DNA of 25,641 nt from an uncultured Chlamydiae bacterium (GTDB lineage: Bacteria > Chlamydiota > Chlamydiia > Chlamydiales > Parachlamydiaceae): positions 1 to 25,641 of the forward strand of contig CAWHMU010000019.1 of the NCBI GenBank assembly GCA_963830365.1, written 5' to 3'. A model generated the notes under the pieces. That model did no database searches. It was given only the letters and a program-made list of their open reading frames with translations, and was not told the DNA's origin. Of this stretch, positions 9,173-17,929 are shown piece by piece. The number at the start of each line of letters is the position of its first letter. Positions within the stretch are counted from its first letter, which is position 1. The position numbers were made by a program, and so were the translations under genes.

Positions 9173-9202
9173 AAAAAAGGACCATCCTGATGATGGTCCT
9201 TT
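9173..9202 (-). terminator. Intrinsic terminator of the 9242-9589 gene
   Basis: AAAGGACCATC-CTGAT-GATGGTCCTTT stem. The A6 tract on + gives a U tail on -. Confidence 0.75.
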
Positions 9203-9241
9203 AATATTAAAAATATGAATATATAACAATTAGGCTTTATC

Positions 9242-9589
9242 TTAATCCGCAGAGGGGAGCTGGTTTGTCTTAGGAATGCACCAATCGGCAGCATCATGGG
9301 CTAATTTGCCGACTTTGAAAGAGATGACGGCTGCTACTGCCGTAATGACGGCTAGTTGCTCGGTTTGTCTTTCGAGTACGGCATCTGGTTTGAACACTGC
9401 TTTTGCTACCATACAGACCACACAGCTTACGGCTACCGGAATTAAAGCTTTAGCTATATCTGCAACAGCTGCGACGGTTTTAGCTAAGGCATAGCCTATA
9501 TTGTTGAGTTTTTTATCATAGACAGAAACTGGATTAAGCGACCCATAGCTACTATTTGCCGCGTTATATGGATTAAATTGGACTGTCAT
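9242..9589 (-). CDS. Small hypothetical hydrophobic protein, candidate secreted/Inc-like
   Basis: AAGGAG RBS, its own terminator, an Asn/Ser/Pro-rich N-terminus and two Ala/Val-rich hydrophobic segments. Confidence 0.72.
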   Translation of the reverse strand: MTVQFNPYNAANSSYGSLNPVSVYDKKLNNIGYALAKTVAAVADIAKALIPVAVSCVVCMVAKAVFKPDAVLERQTEQLAVITAVAAVISFKVGKLAHDAADWCIPKTNQLPSAD

Positions 9590-9730
9590 AAAATCTCCTT
9601 AAGTTCGTTTGCTAGAAAAATTAGTTTATGTAAAAATTTGCATCATTGCCATTATGTGGTAACAATATTAAGAAAGTATAAAGATTTCGATGTTTGATCC
9701 TCATCAAACAAATGAATGAGTGATAGAGGT

Positions 9731-9874
9731 TATACCATAATCTAGTGAGAATTTGTCATATTGGACAGTGCGGAAGCTCCCGCGGTTGCATGATCGTAAG
9801 CCAGCAATATGGGTCATGCAACCCCGAGGCTTTGGCTTGTACAATATGTCAAATGCTTACTAGATTATGGTGTA
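9731..9874. mobile_element. Palindromic MITE-like element, copy B (144 bp, internal deletion)
   Basis: TATACCATAATCTAGT...ACTAGATTATGGTGTA ends. Shares GGTTGCATGATCGTAAGCCA with copy A. Confidence 0.8.
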
Positions 9875-9926
9875 CATTCAAAGAAGCGCATAATGTAGGT
9901 TTTGCCTGAACGGATTGAGGACAGGC

Positions 9927-9995
9927 TTGCGATTTGCGATTTGAAAGATATCGGACTTTCTGATGTGTTTAGGACTTTCAAATCACAAATCACAA
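9927..9995. repeat. Inverted heptamer tandem repeats
   Basis: TTGCGATTTGCGATTTGAAAG (9927-9947) pairs with CTTTCAAATCACAAATCACAA (9975-9995) at 19 of 21 positions. Confidence 0.65.
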
Positions 9996-10157
9996 ACCAG
10001 ACCCCAATCCTCAGAGTCTTTTCACGGCATGAGTTGCTGATATACAACTAAAATAATTGAGGTTATTTAGTCTCTTTCAGCCAGTGTAGCGGAACATAAG
10101 CCGCTAGCGACAGTGTGGATAAGAGGCGACTTCTTCTCCATTTTTGCATAACGGAAG

Positions 10158-10186
10158 TTGCCATCATTGCAAAGGTTTATTATACT
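10158..10186 (+). promoter_or_regulatory. Near-consensus sigma66 promoter for the holA operon
   Basis: TTGCCA (10158-10163), 17-bp spacer, TATACT (10181-10186). Confidence 0.65.
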
Positions 10187-10217
10187 GGCAGCAACCGTTT
10201 ACCATGAGTGAGTCGTC

Positions 10218-11246
10218 TTGAAGTATTCCAATCTTGGGGCTTTTGAAAAGCATCTCGAAGGCGCTGCACCTAACCATCTGGCAGAAGTCTATCTGATCCT
10301 GGCTAAAGAAGCGTTTGTCCGTAAGCAGGCGGTCGACCGTCTGGTGGGCTTGGCGCTGAAGGGCGAGGCCTCGCCGGATCTTTGCCTGCAGACCTTTGAT
10401 GGCGAGCGGCATGACGTGCAGCCCATCCTGCAGGAGCTTGAGGCACTGTCATTCTTTGTGAAAAGGAAACTTGTGGTAGTGCATAATGCCGATGCCTTCA
10501 ATAAAGATGCCACTGCCAAGTTTGAAGCTTATTTTGCCGCACCCAACCGCACCACCTGTCTGGTGCTGGTTTCAGCGACGATCAACCGCGCCACCAATTT
10601 CTACAAAAAAGCCGAAAAAGTCGGCGTGGTGCTGGATATCGCCGAAGACAAGCCGTGGGAGCGTGAGAAAATCGTGGCCGAATGGCTGCGTGCTGAAACG
10701 CTAAGGCTGGGGAAACAGATGACGGCCAGCACCTGCCAGCTGCTGGTCAAACAGTTAGGCGCCGACCAGGCCCTGCTGCAGACCGAACTGCAGAAACTGG
10801 CTTGTTATGTGGGGGAGCGTCCGCTTATCGATGAACGCGATGTGGCGGCGCTATGTGGCAGCATTAATCAGGACAACGGCTGGCAGCTCGGCGAGGCCAT
10901 TTTTAACAATGCTGCCACGTCGGCTTTGCGCATCAGCAAGGCCCTGCTTAACGATGGGACGGCGGTGATTGCGCTGCTGCGCCAGATCCGCTCACAATTC
11001 CAGACCGAATACCAGGTCTGCACGCTAATGGCCCAAGGGGGCACTGCGGCCGATGTGACGCAGGAGTTTCCATATATGAAAGGGGCGATTTTGGACCGCC
11101 ATTTGCGTCAGGCTCAGACGTATGGCATGTCGCGTTTCAGGAAGGGGTTGCTCGCTATCGATGAGGCCGAGCTGCAAGCTAAAAACAGCGCCATCGATCC
11201 CGATTTCCTGACGGAAATGCTCATCATTAAACTTACCATGATATAA
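10218..11246 (+). CDS. holA: DNA polymerase III subunit delta
   Basis: VYLI, LSFF..RKLVVV and ELQKLACY motifs, 342 aa, TTG start. Same context as chlamydial CT047. Confidence 0.88.
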   Translation: MKYSNLGAFEKHLEGAAPNHLAEVYLILAKEAFVRKQAVDRLVGLALKGEASPDLCLQTFDGERHDVQPILQELEALSFFVKRKLVVVHNADAFNKDATAKFEAYFAAPNRTTCLVLVSATINRATNFYKKAEKVGVVLDIAEDKPWEREKIVAEWLRAETLRLGKQMTASTCQLLVKQLGADQALLQTELQKLACYVGERPLIDERDVAALCGSINQDNGWQLGEAIFNNAATSALRISKALLNDGTAVIALLRQIRSQFQTEYQVCTLMAQGGTAADVTQEFPYMKGAILDRHLRQAQTYGMSRFRKGLLAIDEAELQAKNSAIDPDFLTEMLIIKLTMI

Positions 11247-11259
11247 GGATTTAGCTACT

Positions 11260-11997
11260 ATGACTACTGATGCATCCTCAAATTTAAAACCGGCTTTGCT
11301 GCTACTGCCAAACGTGCTAGGCGAAGTGAAGCATCACGAACCCTTTTTGCCTGCCAGTGTCGATAAGGCTGTGGCCACCCTCGACGGCTTGATTGCCGAA
11401 AGTGCCGGTGCGGGGCGCCGTTTTCTCGGACGATTCAACACCAAGAAGCCTGCCAACGACATCCCGATGGCGCTATTCAACGAGCACACCCCGGATGCAG
11501 ACATCGATTTTTTGCTTGAGCCTATCCGCCGCGGGGAGCGCTGGGGACTTATTTCAGACGGCGGATTGCCATGCGTGGCCGATCCGGGTGCAAAACTTGT
11601 CAGCCGGGCGCGCCAAAGCGGCATCGTCGTGCAGGCTTTCGTAGGGCCGTCCTCGATCATGCTGGCCTTGATGCTTTCTGGCATGCCGGGACAGCGCTTC
11701 TACTTTGGCGGCTATCTTGATAAAGAGCCGAAAAATCGCGACAGCGAAATTAAGGAACTTGAGCGCAGATCAAGGGGTGAGCGTTCGACGCAGATCTTCA
11801 TCGAAGTGCCCTACCGCAACAGTCACATGCTGGAATCCTTGCTAACAAATCTAAACGAGAAGACCCTGCTGTGCGTGGCCTGGGATCTGACGCTGCCCAC
11901 TCAAGGCGTTTTGTCACAAAGCATCGCCTTGTGGAAGAAAAGCCCGTTGCCTAATCTGGAGAAAAAGAGCGCCATCTTCCTAGTTTCGGCCGTGTGA
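11260..11997 (+). CDS. SAM-dependent methyltransferase, tetrapyrrole methylase / RsmI-like family
   Basis: GLISDGGLPCVADPG, VGPSSI and QIFIEVPYRN motifs. Confidence 0.85.
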   Translation: MTTDASSNLKPALLLLPNVLGEVKHHEPFLPASVDKAVATLDGLIAESAGAGRRFLGRFNTKKPANDIPMALFNEHTPDADIDFLLEPIRRGERWGLISDGGLPCVADPGAKLVSRARQSGIVVQAFVGPSSIMLALMLSGMPGQRFYFGGYLDKEPKNRDSEIKELERRSRGERSTQIFIEVPYRNSHMLESLLTNLNEKTLLCVAWDLTLPTQGVLSQSIALWKKSPLPNLEKKSAIFLVSAV

Positions 11998-12012
11998 TAA
12001 ACGATAGGAATT

Positions 12013-12034
12013 GCGGGTTAATCACCCGCCCTAG
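12013..12034. repeat. Small hairpin between convergent genes (terminator-like or degenerate solo REP)
   Basis: GCGGGT-TAATC-ACCCGC. The minus strand reads CTAGG-GCGGGT-GATTA-ACCCGC. Confidence 0.35.
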
Positions 12035-12067
12035 CAAGCGCAGGCTGAAATCTACGTTCATGCTCCG

Positions 12068-13216
12068 TTAGATGAGATCGACGGCGACGGTGTCGTAGAA
12101 GAGCACGCCGCGGTCGGTCAGGGAGACGGTGTTGTCGTGCCTTTGCAGCAGGCCGTCCTGTTGCAGCCGCTGCAGGCTAACGACCGTTTCCTGGTCGAGC
12201 GCGCCGTGGCGCCGTTCGAAATTAGACAGGTCCACGCCATCCCTAAGGCGCAGCGCTATGGCCAGCAATTCGCGCCGGCTGTGTGCCTCTGTTAGTTCTT
12301 CGGAGAAGTCGATAGGGGATTTGTGCTCGCGCAGCGCCTGCACATAGCGGTTGAGATGGGCGACAGCGCGGAAGCGGCGGCCTTGCCAGTGACTGAAGGC
12401 CGAAGGGCCGAAGCCCAAGAATGGACGGGCGATCCAATAGCCGGTATTATGGCGCGAGTATTTGCCAGCGCGGGCGAAGGCCGAAATTTCATATTGCAGC
12501 AGACCGCATTCCTGTAAGGTTGCCACCGCCATTTCATACATCAGCGTACTTGATTCGGCATCGGGCAGCTCTTTGCGCAGGGCTTCCTGGTATTTAAAGA
12601 AGACGGTATGGGGTTCAATGGTCAGGTTATAGAGTGAAAGGTGGGTGATAGGCAGCGGGGCGACCTGCTGCAGGGTGTTCTGCCAGGATGCCAGCGTCTG
12701 CGCTGGGATGTCGTACATAAGATCGATCGAAATATTGGAAATACCTGCCGCAGCTGTCGTTTCGATGGCGCTTATGGCCGTTGAGGCATGGTGGCAGCGG
12801 CCTAATTTTTTCAGCAGGGCGTCATCAAGGGTTTGGATGCCGATGCTGACCCGGTTGACGCCGGCTTGGGCATAGGCGCGCATGAGCGCTGCTGTGACGG
12901 TTTCGGGATTGGCTTCCAGCGTGATTTCAATGTTTTTTTCATCAAAAGGCAGATAGCTGCGCACCTTGTCCAGCAGCTTAGCCAGGGCATCGGCGCCAAG
13001 TAAAGACGGCGTGCCGCCGCCGAAGTAGATCGAAATCAGATTCTTGCCTATCAGCTGTGGTGCCCAGAGGTCGATATCAAGCAGAAGCCCTTCCATAAGC
13101 AGCTTATGAAAGGGTTCTTTATCGGGCAGCACATAAAAATGGCAGTAATCGCATTTCTTGGTGCAGAAGGGTATGTGAAAGTATAAACTGATGTCAGCGT
13201 CGTTTACGATTACCAC
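12068..13216 (-). CDS. hemW: Radical SAM heme chaperone HemW (HemN-like)
   Basis: YFHIPFCTKKCDYC (CxxxCxxC), GGGTPS, YEISAF and the HNxxYW motif (HNTGYW). Confidence 0.9.
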   Translation of the reverse strand: MVIVNDADISLYFHIPFCTKKCDYCHFYVLPDKEPFHKLLMEGLLLDIDLWAPQLIGKNLISIYFGGGTPSLLGADALAKLLDKVRSYLPFDEKNIEITLEANPETVTAALMRAYAQAGVNRVSIGIQTLDDALLKKLGRCHHASTAISAIETTAAAGISNISIDLMYDIPAQTLASWQNTLQQVAPLPITHLSLYNLTIEPHTVFFKYQEALRKELPDAESSTLMYEMAVATLQECGLLQYEISAFARAGKYSRHNTGYWIARPFLGFGPSAFSHWQGRRFRAVAHLNRYVQALREHKSPIDFSEELTEAHSRRELLAIALRLRDGVDLSNFERRHGALDQETVVSLQRLQQDGLLQRHDNTVSLTDRGVLFYDTVAVDLI

Positions 13217-13231
13217 TCAACTACCACTTAT

Positions 13232-13705
13232 CTACCACTCATCGGCATCGGGATCGATGATGCCGCCGCGGCGCCAGCGGTTTTTGTCGCTGAAGAAAGA
13301 GTCGTCTTCCTCCTCTTCTTCGTCGGCTTCCTTTTCGTCGTCGGCGTCGTCGCGCTCTTCGATCACCGAGCTTTCGACTTCACCGGCTTCTGTTTCTACG
13401 TCAAAACCGGTATCGGTCAAGCCGCCGGCGGTATCGCCCATGTCGATATCGGGGATGGTCGGCATTTCGGTATAGCCGGTACGGGCCGAGGCGCGTTTTG
13501 GTGTGACATATTCCTCGGCTTCGCCACTTTCCTTAAGGAACTGCAGGCGTTCTTTTTCCTCTTCGATCTTGGCATGGATGGCCAGAATTTCTTCTTTATG
13601 CTTTTCAATGTCCTTTTTCGGCACGAGGCCAAGCTTGAGCCATTGATCCAGGTCGTTGAGTTCTATTTCAAGCTTCTTAAGCCGTTCGCTTTTGATATGT
13701 CTCAT
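13232..13705 (-). CDS. Conserved chlamydial protein, CT053-like
   Basis: The N-terminus KSERLKKLE..L.DL.QW..LGLVPKK and C-terminus FSDKNRWRRGGIIDPDADEW are recognised from memory as Chlamydia CT053. Adjacent to hemW/hemN, as in Chlamydia. Confidence 0.85.
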   Translation of the reverse strand: MRHIKSERLKKLEIELNDLDQWLKLGLVPKKDIEKHKEEILAIHAKIEEEKERLQFLKESGEAEEYVTPKRASARTGYTEMPTIPDIDMGDTAGGLTDTGFDVETEAGEVESSVIEERDDADDEKEADEEEEEDDSFFSDKNRWRRGGIIDPDADEW

Positions 13706-13765
13706 TACAATCCTTTGATGTTTAACAAGATATAGCTATTAATATAGCTTGTATACCTGAAAGTT

Positions 13766-15907
13766 TTATTTCCTTTCAAGGAGTTTTTTGTTTTTTACCA
13801 AGAGAAAGGCCGTCATTATAAATAAACACTCGACGGCAAGGTAGATGAAATAGGAGCTTTCGCCTCCCTTGCCAAAACCGTAACTATGTAAACCCGTGCC
13901 TAGAATATAGTTTACACCATACCAAGTGAAGCTGATGGCCATCAAGCCTCCGATGGCACCCACCGCCAAACCGAAATCGCGGATGCGTTGGAAGGTATAG
14001 GCGTGTATGACCAAGACATACACACATGCCGAAATAAAAGCCCATGATTCTTTCGGATCCCAATCCCAAAACCGTCCCCAGCTTTCAGCCGCCCAGATGC
14101 CGCCCAAAATTGTGCCGGGGATGAGCAGGGCCACGCCGACATACATGGTATGCAAAATGCCGCGCGCGATCAGCTGCGTTACGGCATTCTCCTGTTTTGC
14201 CTGCCACAAGGCTAGCACGAAGGCATGGCCGAGGATGCCGCAGACGGCGAAGGCTCCATAGCTGCCCACCACCATTAGCACATGCACAATCAGCCAGTAC
14301 TGCGAGTCCAGCACCGCCTGCACATTTTCAAGCCGCGCATCGATATGTGTCAGCTTTAGCAAAACGAGTAAAGCCAGCGACGTCAGGCAGGCAGCGCAGA
14401 GCACCAGCCGCTGGCGCGCGGCGACATAGAATATCAATCCCACCACAAGTGCAATCCAGGGCACATAGATGAGTGTTTCGAACATATTGGATACAGGCGG
14501 ACGCTGCAGCACATAGCAGCGTAGCGCCAGCACGGCGGTATGCAGTAGAAAACCTATTAATAGGATGGCAAAGCCCAAGCGTTCGATGGCGTGCTTTTTC
14601 AGGCGGTAGGCCGCCAGGAACAGCAGCAGCGCACAGAAATAGGCCACGATACTTATTTCGATTAAGGGCAAACGATAGTACCAGCTTTCGGCCTGCAGTT
14701 GCTTAAGCGAAGGGTATAGCAGCTCTTTACCCGAAGCCTGTTTAAAGGGGGTGTTGGCTAAGGCTATATAGGCGGCGCTATAAATTTCCACAAAGTGCGC
14801 GATGGCTTGCTCAAGCATAGTCGAGTCGGCAACGGCAGCCGCCCCATAAAATGCCCTGGCGGCAGCTTCCAGTTGCATGTAGGCTGTGCGCAGGCGGTGG
14901 AAATCGTCATCGGCAAAGGTGGTGAAATTTTCTGCCAGCACGGGCTTGCGCTGTTGGGGATGATAGACGACTACTGTTAGCGCATGCAGGGATAGCCATT
15001 CGCCGGCCAGCTGGCGTGAGGGGAGCATTTTAAGGGTGCTGCCGGCTTTTTGCAGGCGCGACAGCAAGGGGGAGCGGTTTTCCAGTATCTGGAATATCTC
15101 TTGGGGAGCGGTGTGCTGCTTTTCCAGTGTCATCAATGCTTGGGAAATTGTCTCATTGGACTGTACGGCGCCCAGGCTTTCGGCGTAGCCATGCATGGCT
15201 TGCATGAGCTGCATGATTTCATCGGCAGCGGGTTTATGCTGCTTTTCTATGGTCGATAGTCTGGCGCGGGCGTCGGCAGCGACGATGTGTCCGGGCTTTA
15301 AGAACTGCCAGGGGATGGTGGGTGGGGCGGCAGCGACGATTAAGGCATCGCCACGCAAGGACAGCCACAGGCCACTGGCAAGGGAGGTTATTTCGCTTTT
15401 TTCGCTGCGCGACCGATTGGCGGCAGAGAGATAGTTGCGCGCAAATTCGTAGGAGAGCAAGTAGTCCATCAGCTGCAGGTTGCTTACCTGGTCATTGTTG
15501 ATGGCCTGCGAGAGCTCATGGTAGCTAAAACGATCAGTGTGGCTATCGAGCTTCAGCAGCGATTTGACAGCGGCATAATGTAGCCAGAAGAGGGGGGTAT
15601 CGTCGAACTGGCGGTGGCCTAGAAAATGAAATCTCCACAGCAGCTCAACTGGCGAGCCGTCCGAAGAATGGAAAGCGGTTAGATCGGCTTGTTTAAGCCT
15701 GTCCTTATGATAGTAGTCGTATAGCCAAAGCTTTGCCGCCGAATCCAGCGCGCGGAAACGCCCTTGATAGGCCACAGGCAAATTTTGCGTAGACTCCCAA
15801 GGGTTTATTGGTGCGGCTATGCCGGCAGTGGTAAACACTGTCATGCACAGGCAGAAATAAAGGAGATAGCTCTTTAAAGATGTCATCATAGCAAGACATT
15901 GTTTCAA
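13766..15907 (-). CDS. ccsA: Cytochrome c biogenesis protein CcsA (System II) with a large N-terminal soluble domain
   Basis: WWD motif WAAESWGRFWDWDPKESW and conserved His in WLIVHV, VIHA and GLHSYG. The start may be the ATG at 15889 or 15886. Confidence 0.9.
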   Translation of the reverse strand: MKQCLAMMTSLKSYLLYFCLCMTVFTTAGIAAPINPWESTQNLPVAYQGRFRALDSAAKLWLYDYYHKDRLKQADLTAFHSSDGSPVELLWRFHFLGHRQFDDTPLFWLHYAAVKSLLKLDSHTDRFSYHELSQAINNDQVSNLQLMDYLLSYEFARNYLSAANRSRSEKSEITSLASGLWLSLRGDALIVAAAPPTIPWQFLKPGHIVAADARARLSTIEKQHKPAADEIMQLMQAMHGYAESLGAVQSNETISQALMTLEKQHTAPQEIFQILENRSPLLSRLQKAGSTLKMLPSRQLAGEWLSLHALTVVVYHPQQRKPVLAENFTTFADDDFHRLRTAYMQLEAAARAFYGAAAVADSTMLEQAIAHFVEIYSAAYIALANTPFKQASGKELLYPSLKQLQAESWYYRLPLIEISIVAYFCALLLFLAAYRLKKHAIERLGFAILLIGFLLHTAVLALRCYVLQRPPVSNMFETLIYVPWIALVVGLIFYVAARQRLVLCAACLTSLALLVLLKLTHIDARLENVQAVLDSQYWLIVHVLMVVGSYGAFAVCGILGHAFVLALWQAKQENAVTQLIARGILHTMYVGVALLIPGTILGGIWAAESWGRFWDWDPKESWAFISACVYVLVIHAYTFQRIRDFGLAVGAIGGLMAISFTWYGVNYILGTGLHSYGFGKGGESSYFIYLAVECLFIMTAFLLVKNKKLLERK

Positions 15908-16098
15908 TTTGGCACAATTTTTACCAGCGTCTTTAAGCCGAATGGCAGAAAAAATTTACCGCCGACGTGCAAGGGTGTAGTTTGGTCTCATCGTATTTGT
16001 TGTATTAAGACGTGAATTCGATTCAACGCAAAGAGCGCAAAGACAAGCAACATTCACCACAAATTATCAAAAACGATAACCTTCGCGGTAGTGCTCAA

Positions 16099-16366
16099 GT
16101 TGCTGAGCTCTGTTAGGAGCGGCCATATTTGTAGCCCACGGTATAGGGCCGACAGGCGCAAACCGTGGGTGATTATAAAAAAACACCCCGCCCCAAGGGG
16201 GCGTTATATTTTCAGCTTGGGCATTTCATATAAAAGTGCGGCATACGAGGATGAAATTATAACGCCACACTGGGGCTGGATTATTTTTTTTATAACCCAC
16301 GGTTTGCGCCTGTCGGCGCTACACCGTGGGCTACAAATATGGCCGCTCCTAACAGAGCTCAGCAAC
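16099..16366. repeat. 268-bp palindrome, REPIN-like (inverted REP doublet)
   Basis: 72-bp arms (16099-16170 and 16295-16366) with 2 mismatches, the outer 44 bp perfect. Each arm contains GTAG followed by the hairpin CCCACGGT...ACCGTGGG. Confidence 0.8.
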
Positions 16367-16462
16367 AATCAACCCAAGGGCGGTTGGTAAGCGACAATGA
16401 TAGATGAAGAATAACATTGGTTTTTGCTCTCTGTGCCTCGGTGGTGAATGCTGCTGATGCGT

Positions 16463-17836
16463 TCAATGGCTACCAGTATCCTCGCAGAAGTTAAAGAGTT
16501 CACTCTCATCGCTGTCATGGCGCTTCAGCAAGTCTGTGCGTGCTGTTTCTGGTATGGATTTTAGTTTTTGGATGAATTTGTCGACATCCCAAACACATGT
16601 GATGTTTAAATTGATAAATGAGGCCATAGGGCCCATCGCCAGGTCTCGTTCATTGGGGGGGATCAACGCCAGCGCCTGTAGAAAGCAGGCGCGTTGGTAA
16701 ATTTTTATAAACCGTGATATGTGCGGGGCTGCGCATTTGATGAGATCAGCCCGTTCATCCTCATTGATGGTGGCCAGTATCTCGCGGATGCAGGCATAGG
16801 CAGGCTTTGGCTTATCTTCACATGAGAGTGCTACTTTATACAAATGATCGGAATTCTCCAATGCATCCTCATCATTGTAGAAGCATATTTTGGTCACAGA
16901 CTCCTGCCGTAAGTCATTCAGTCTTTCCAGGTACGCGTCATCAATAATATCGAGATTAATGTCCAGACGGGTGGTAGTAGATTTCTGCTCCTCATGAGAT
17001 GTCTGATGGAGACTTGCATCATTGGCGATCGGAATAATCATGCTGACATATGGATGAACCTGTCCACTATCAAGCGGGAGAGTATATGCGTAGATGTCCC
17101 TGAAATGAAAATTCGTTAAGCCAGCAAAAACGTCAGCCAGGTAGGGGGCTGCTTTCTCCTTGTCGGCATCAGGTACAATCCCTAGGGTATGCAGCACGGC
17201 GGTACGTTGGAATGTACTCGGCAGCTTGTCTTTTAAATCAACAACTTGTGTTGTGCAGGTACGTCGATTTTTGGCAGGCAGTGCCGCCACTTCGTTAAGC
17301 AGCTCATTAGTAAAGCTATCTTCACTTTTGTTCAAGGCCGAGGTGAAATTGAGGACTTCAGCCACTTCTTCGGCCGGCAATTTGTTTAAAGTTTCCAAAA
17401 CTGTCCGGTGGTCGCTATTGCCGTTTAGGAAAAAAGCCGAGACGCAGTCCAAAGCCTCTTGGCGCGTATCTGCTGGTATCAGGGAAAGCGCGCTTTCGAT
17501 GACGACAAGGTCTTTTTCAAGCGTGGAAATAAAACTGTGGAAAGTGGGTTTTTTGATAGCGGGGCCCAAGGCTCTTTTTATAATGCATAAATATGCATTA
17601 GATTTGAAGTTGGGTCTGCACTTGCGCAGGAAGTCTAAAATGTGGTGGTTCAGGCTTCCAGCATAGTTGCCGGTACAGAGGCCAACTTCAGTGATGATCT
17701 TTTGCAGCCTTTCATCAAATTCGCTAGGGGAAAGTTTTTCCCCTTTAACAGTCTTTTGCAGGGTTGGCATCGATCTGACAGGGTAAAGAGAGGATATACT
17801 TGTCATCTCTATGCAAAGTGGGAGTTTTGCTGACAT
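16463..17836 (-). CDS. Hypothetical helical-repeat protein, candidate T3S effector
   Basis: 457-aa ORF with seven (I/L/V)P-x-x-x-R-like units at 33-36 aa period. Alternative start MTSISSLYP at 17806. Confidence 0.75.
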   Translation of the reverse strand: MSAKLPLCIEMTSISSLYPVRSMPTLQKTVKGEKLSPSEFDERLQKIITEVGLCTGNYAGSLNHHILDFLRKCRPNFKSNAYLCIIKRALGPAIKKPTFHSFISTLEKDLVVIESALSLIPADTRQEALDCVSAFFLNGNSDHRTVLETLNKLPAEEVAEVLNFTSALNKSEDSFTNELLNEVAALPAKNRRTCTTQVVDLKDKLPSTFQRTAVLHTLGIVPDADKEKAAPYLADVFAGLTNFHFRDIYAYTLPLDSGQVHPYVSMIIPIANDASLHQTSHEEQKSTTTRLDINLDIIDDAYLERLNDLRQESVTKICFYNDEDALENSDHLYKVALSCEDKPKPAYACIREILATINEDERADLIKCAAPHISRFIKIYQRACFLQALALIPPNERDLAMGPMASFINLNITCVWDVDKFIQKLKSIPETARTDLLKRHDSDESELFNFCEDTGSH

Positions 17837-17929
17837 GTGTGCTTATGGTTTCAAGGTTAAAACTCATCTGCGTATCATTTGCCATCAAAAAGGCTCTGCG
17901 CATTTTTTACCACTAATATTTCTTTACAC

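Noticed and set aside
8355..10150. tRNA-anchored integrative element
   Set aside because: No integrase is present and I see no duplicated tRNA 3' end (att site) in the window.
10047..10162. Three small hairpins upstream of holA (e.g. TAGCGG/CCGCTA, GGCGACTTC/GAAGTTGCC) as a possible ncRNA
   Set aside because: The stems are short and match no RNA family I recognise. An Rfam scan would be needed.
13138..13164. CDYCH in HemW resembles a CXXCH heme-c binding motif near ccsA
   Set aside because: It is part of the cytoplasmic radical SAM CxxxCxxC motif, and the protein has no export signal.
16091..16390. 99-aa ORF on +
   Set aside because: It lies almost entirely within the 268-bp palindrome and has no RBS, so it is likely spurious.
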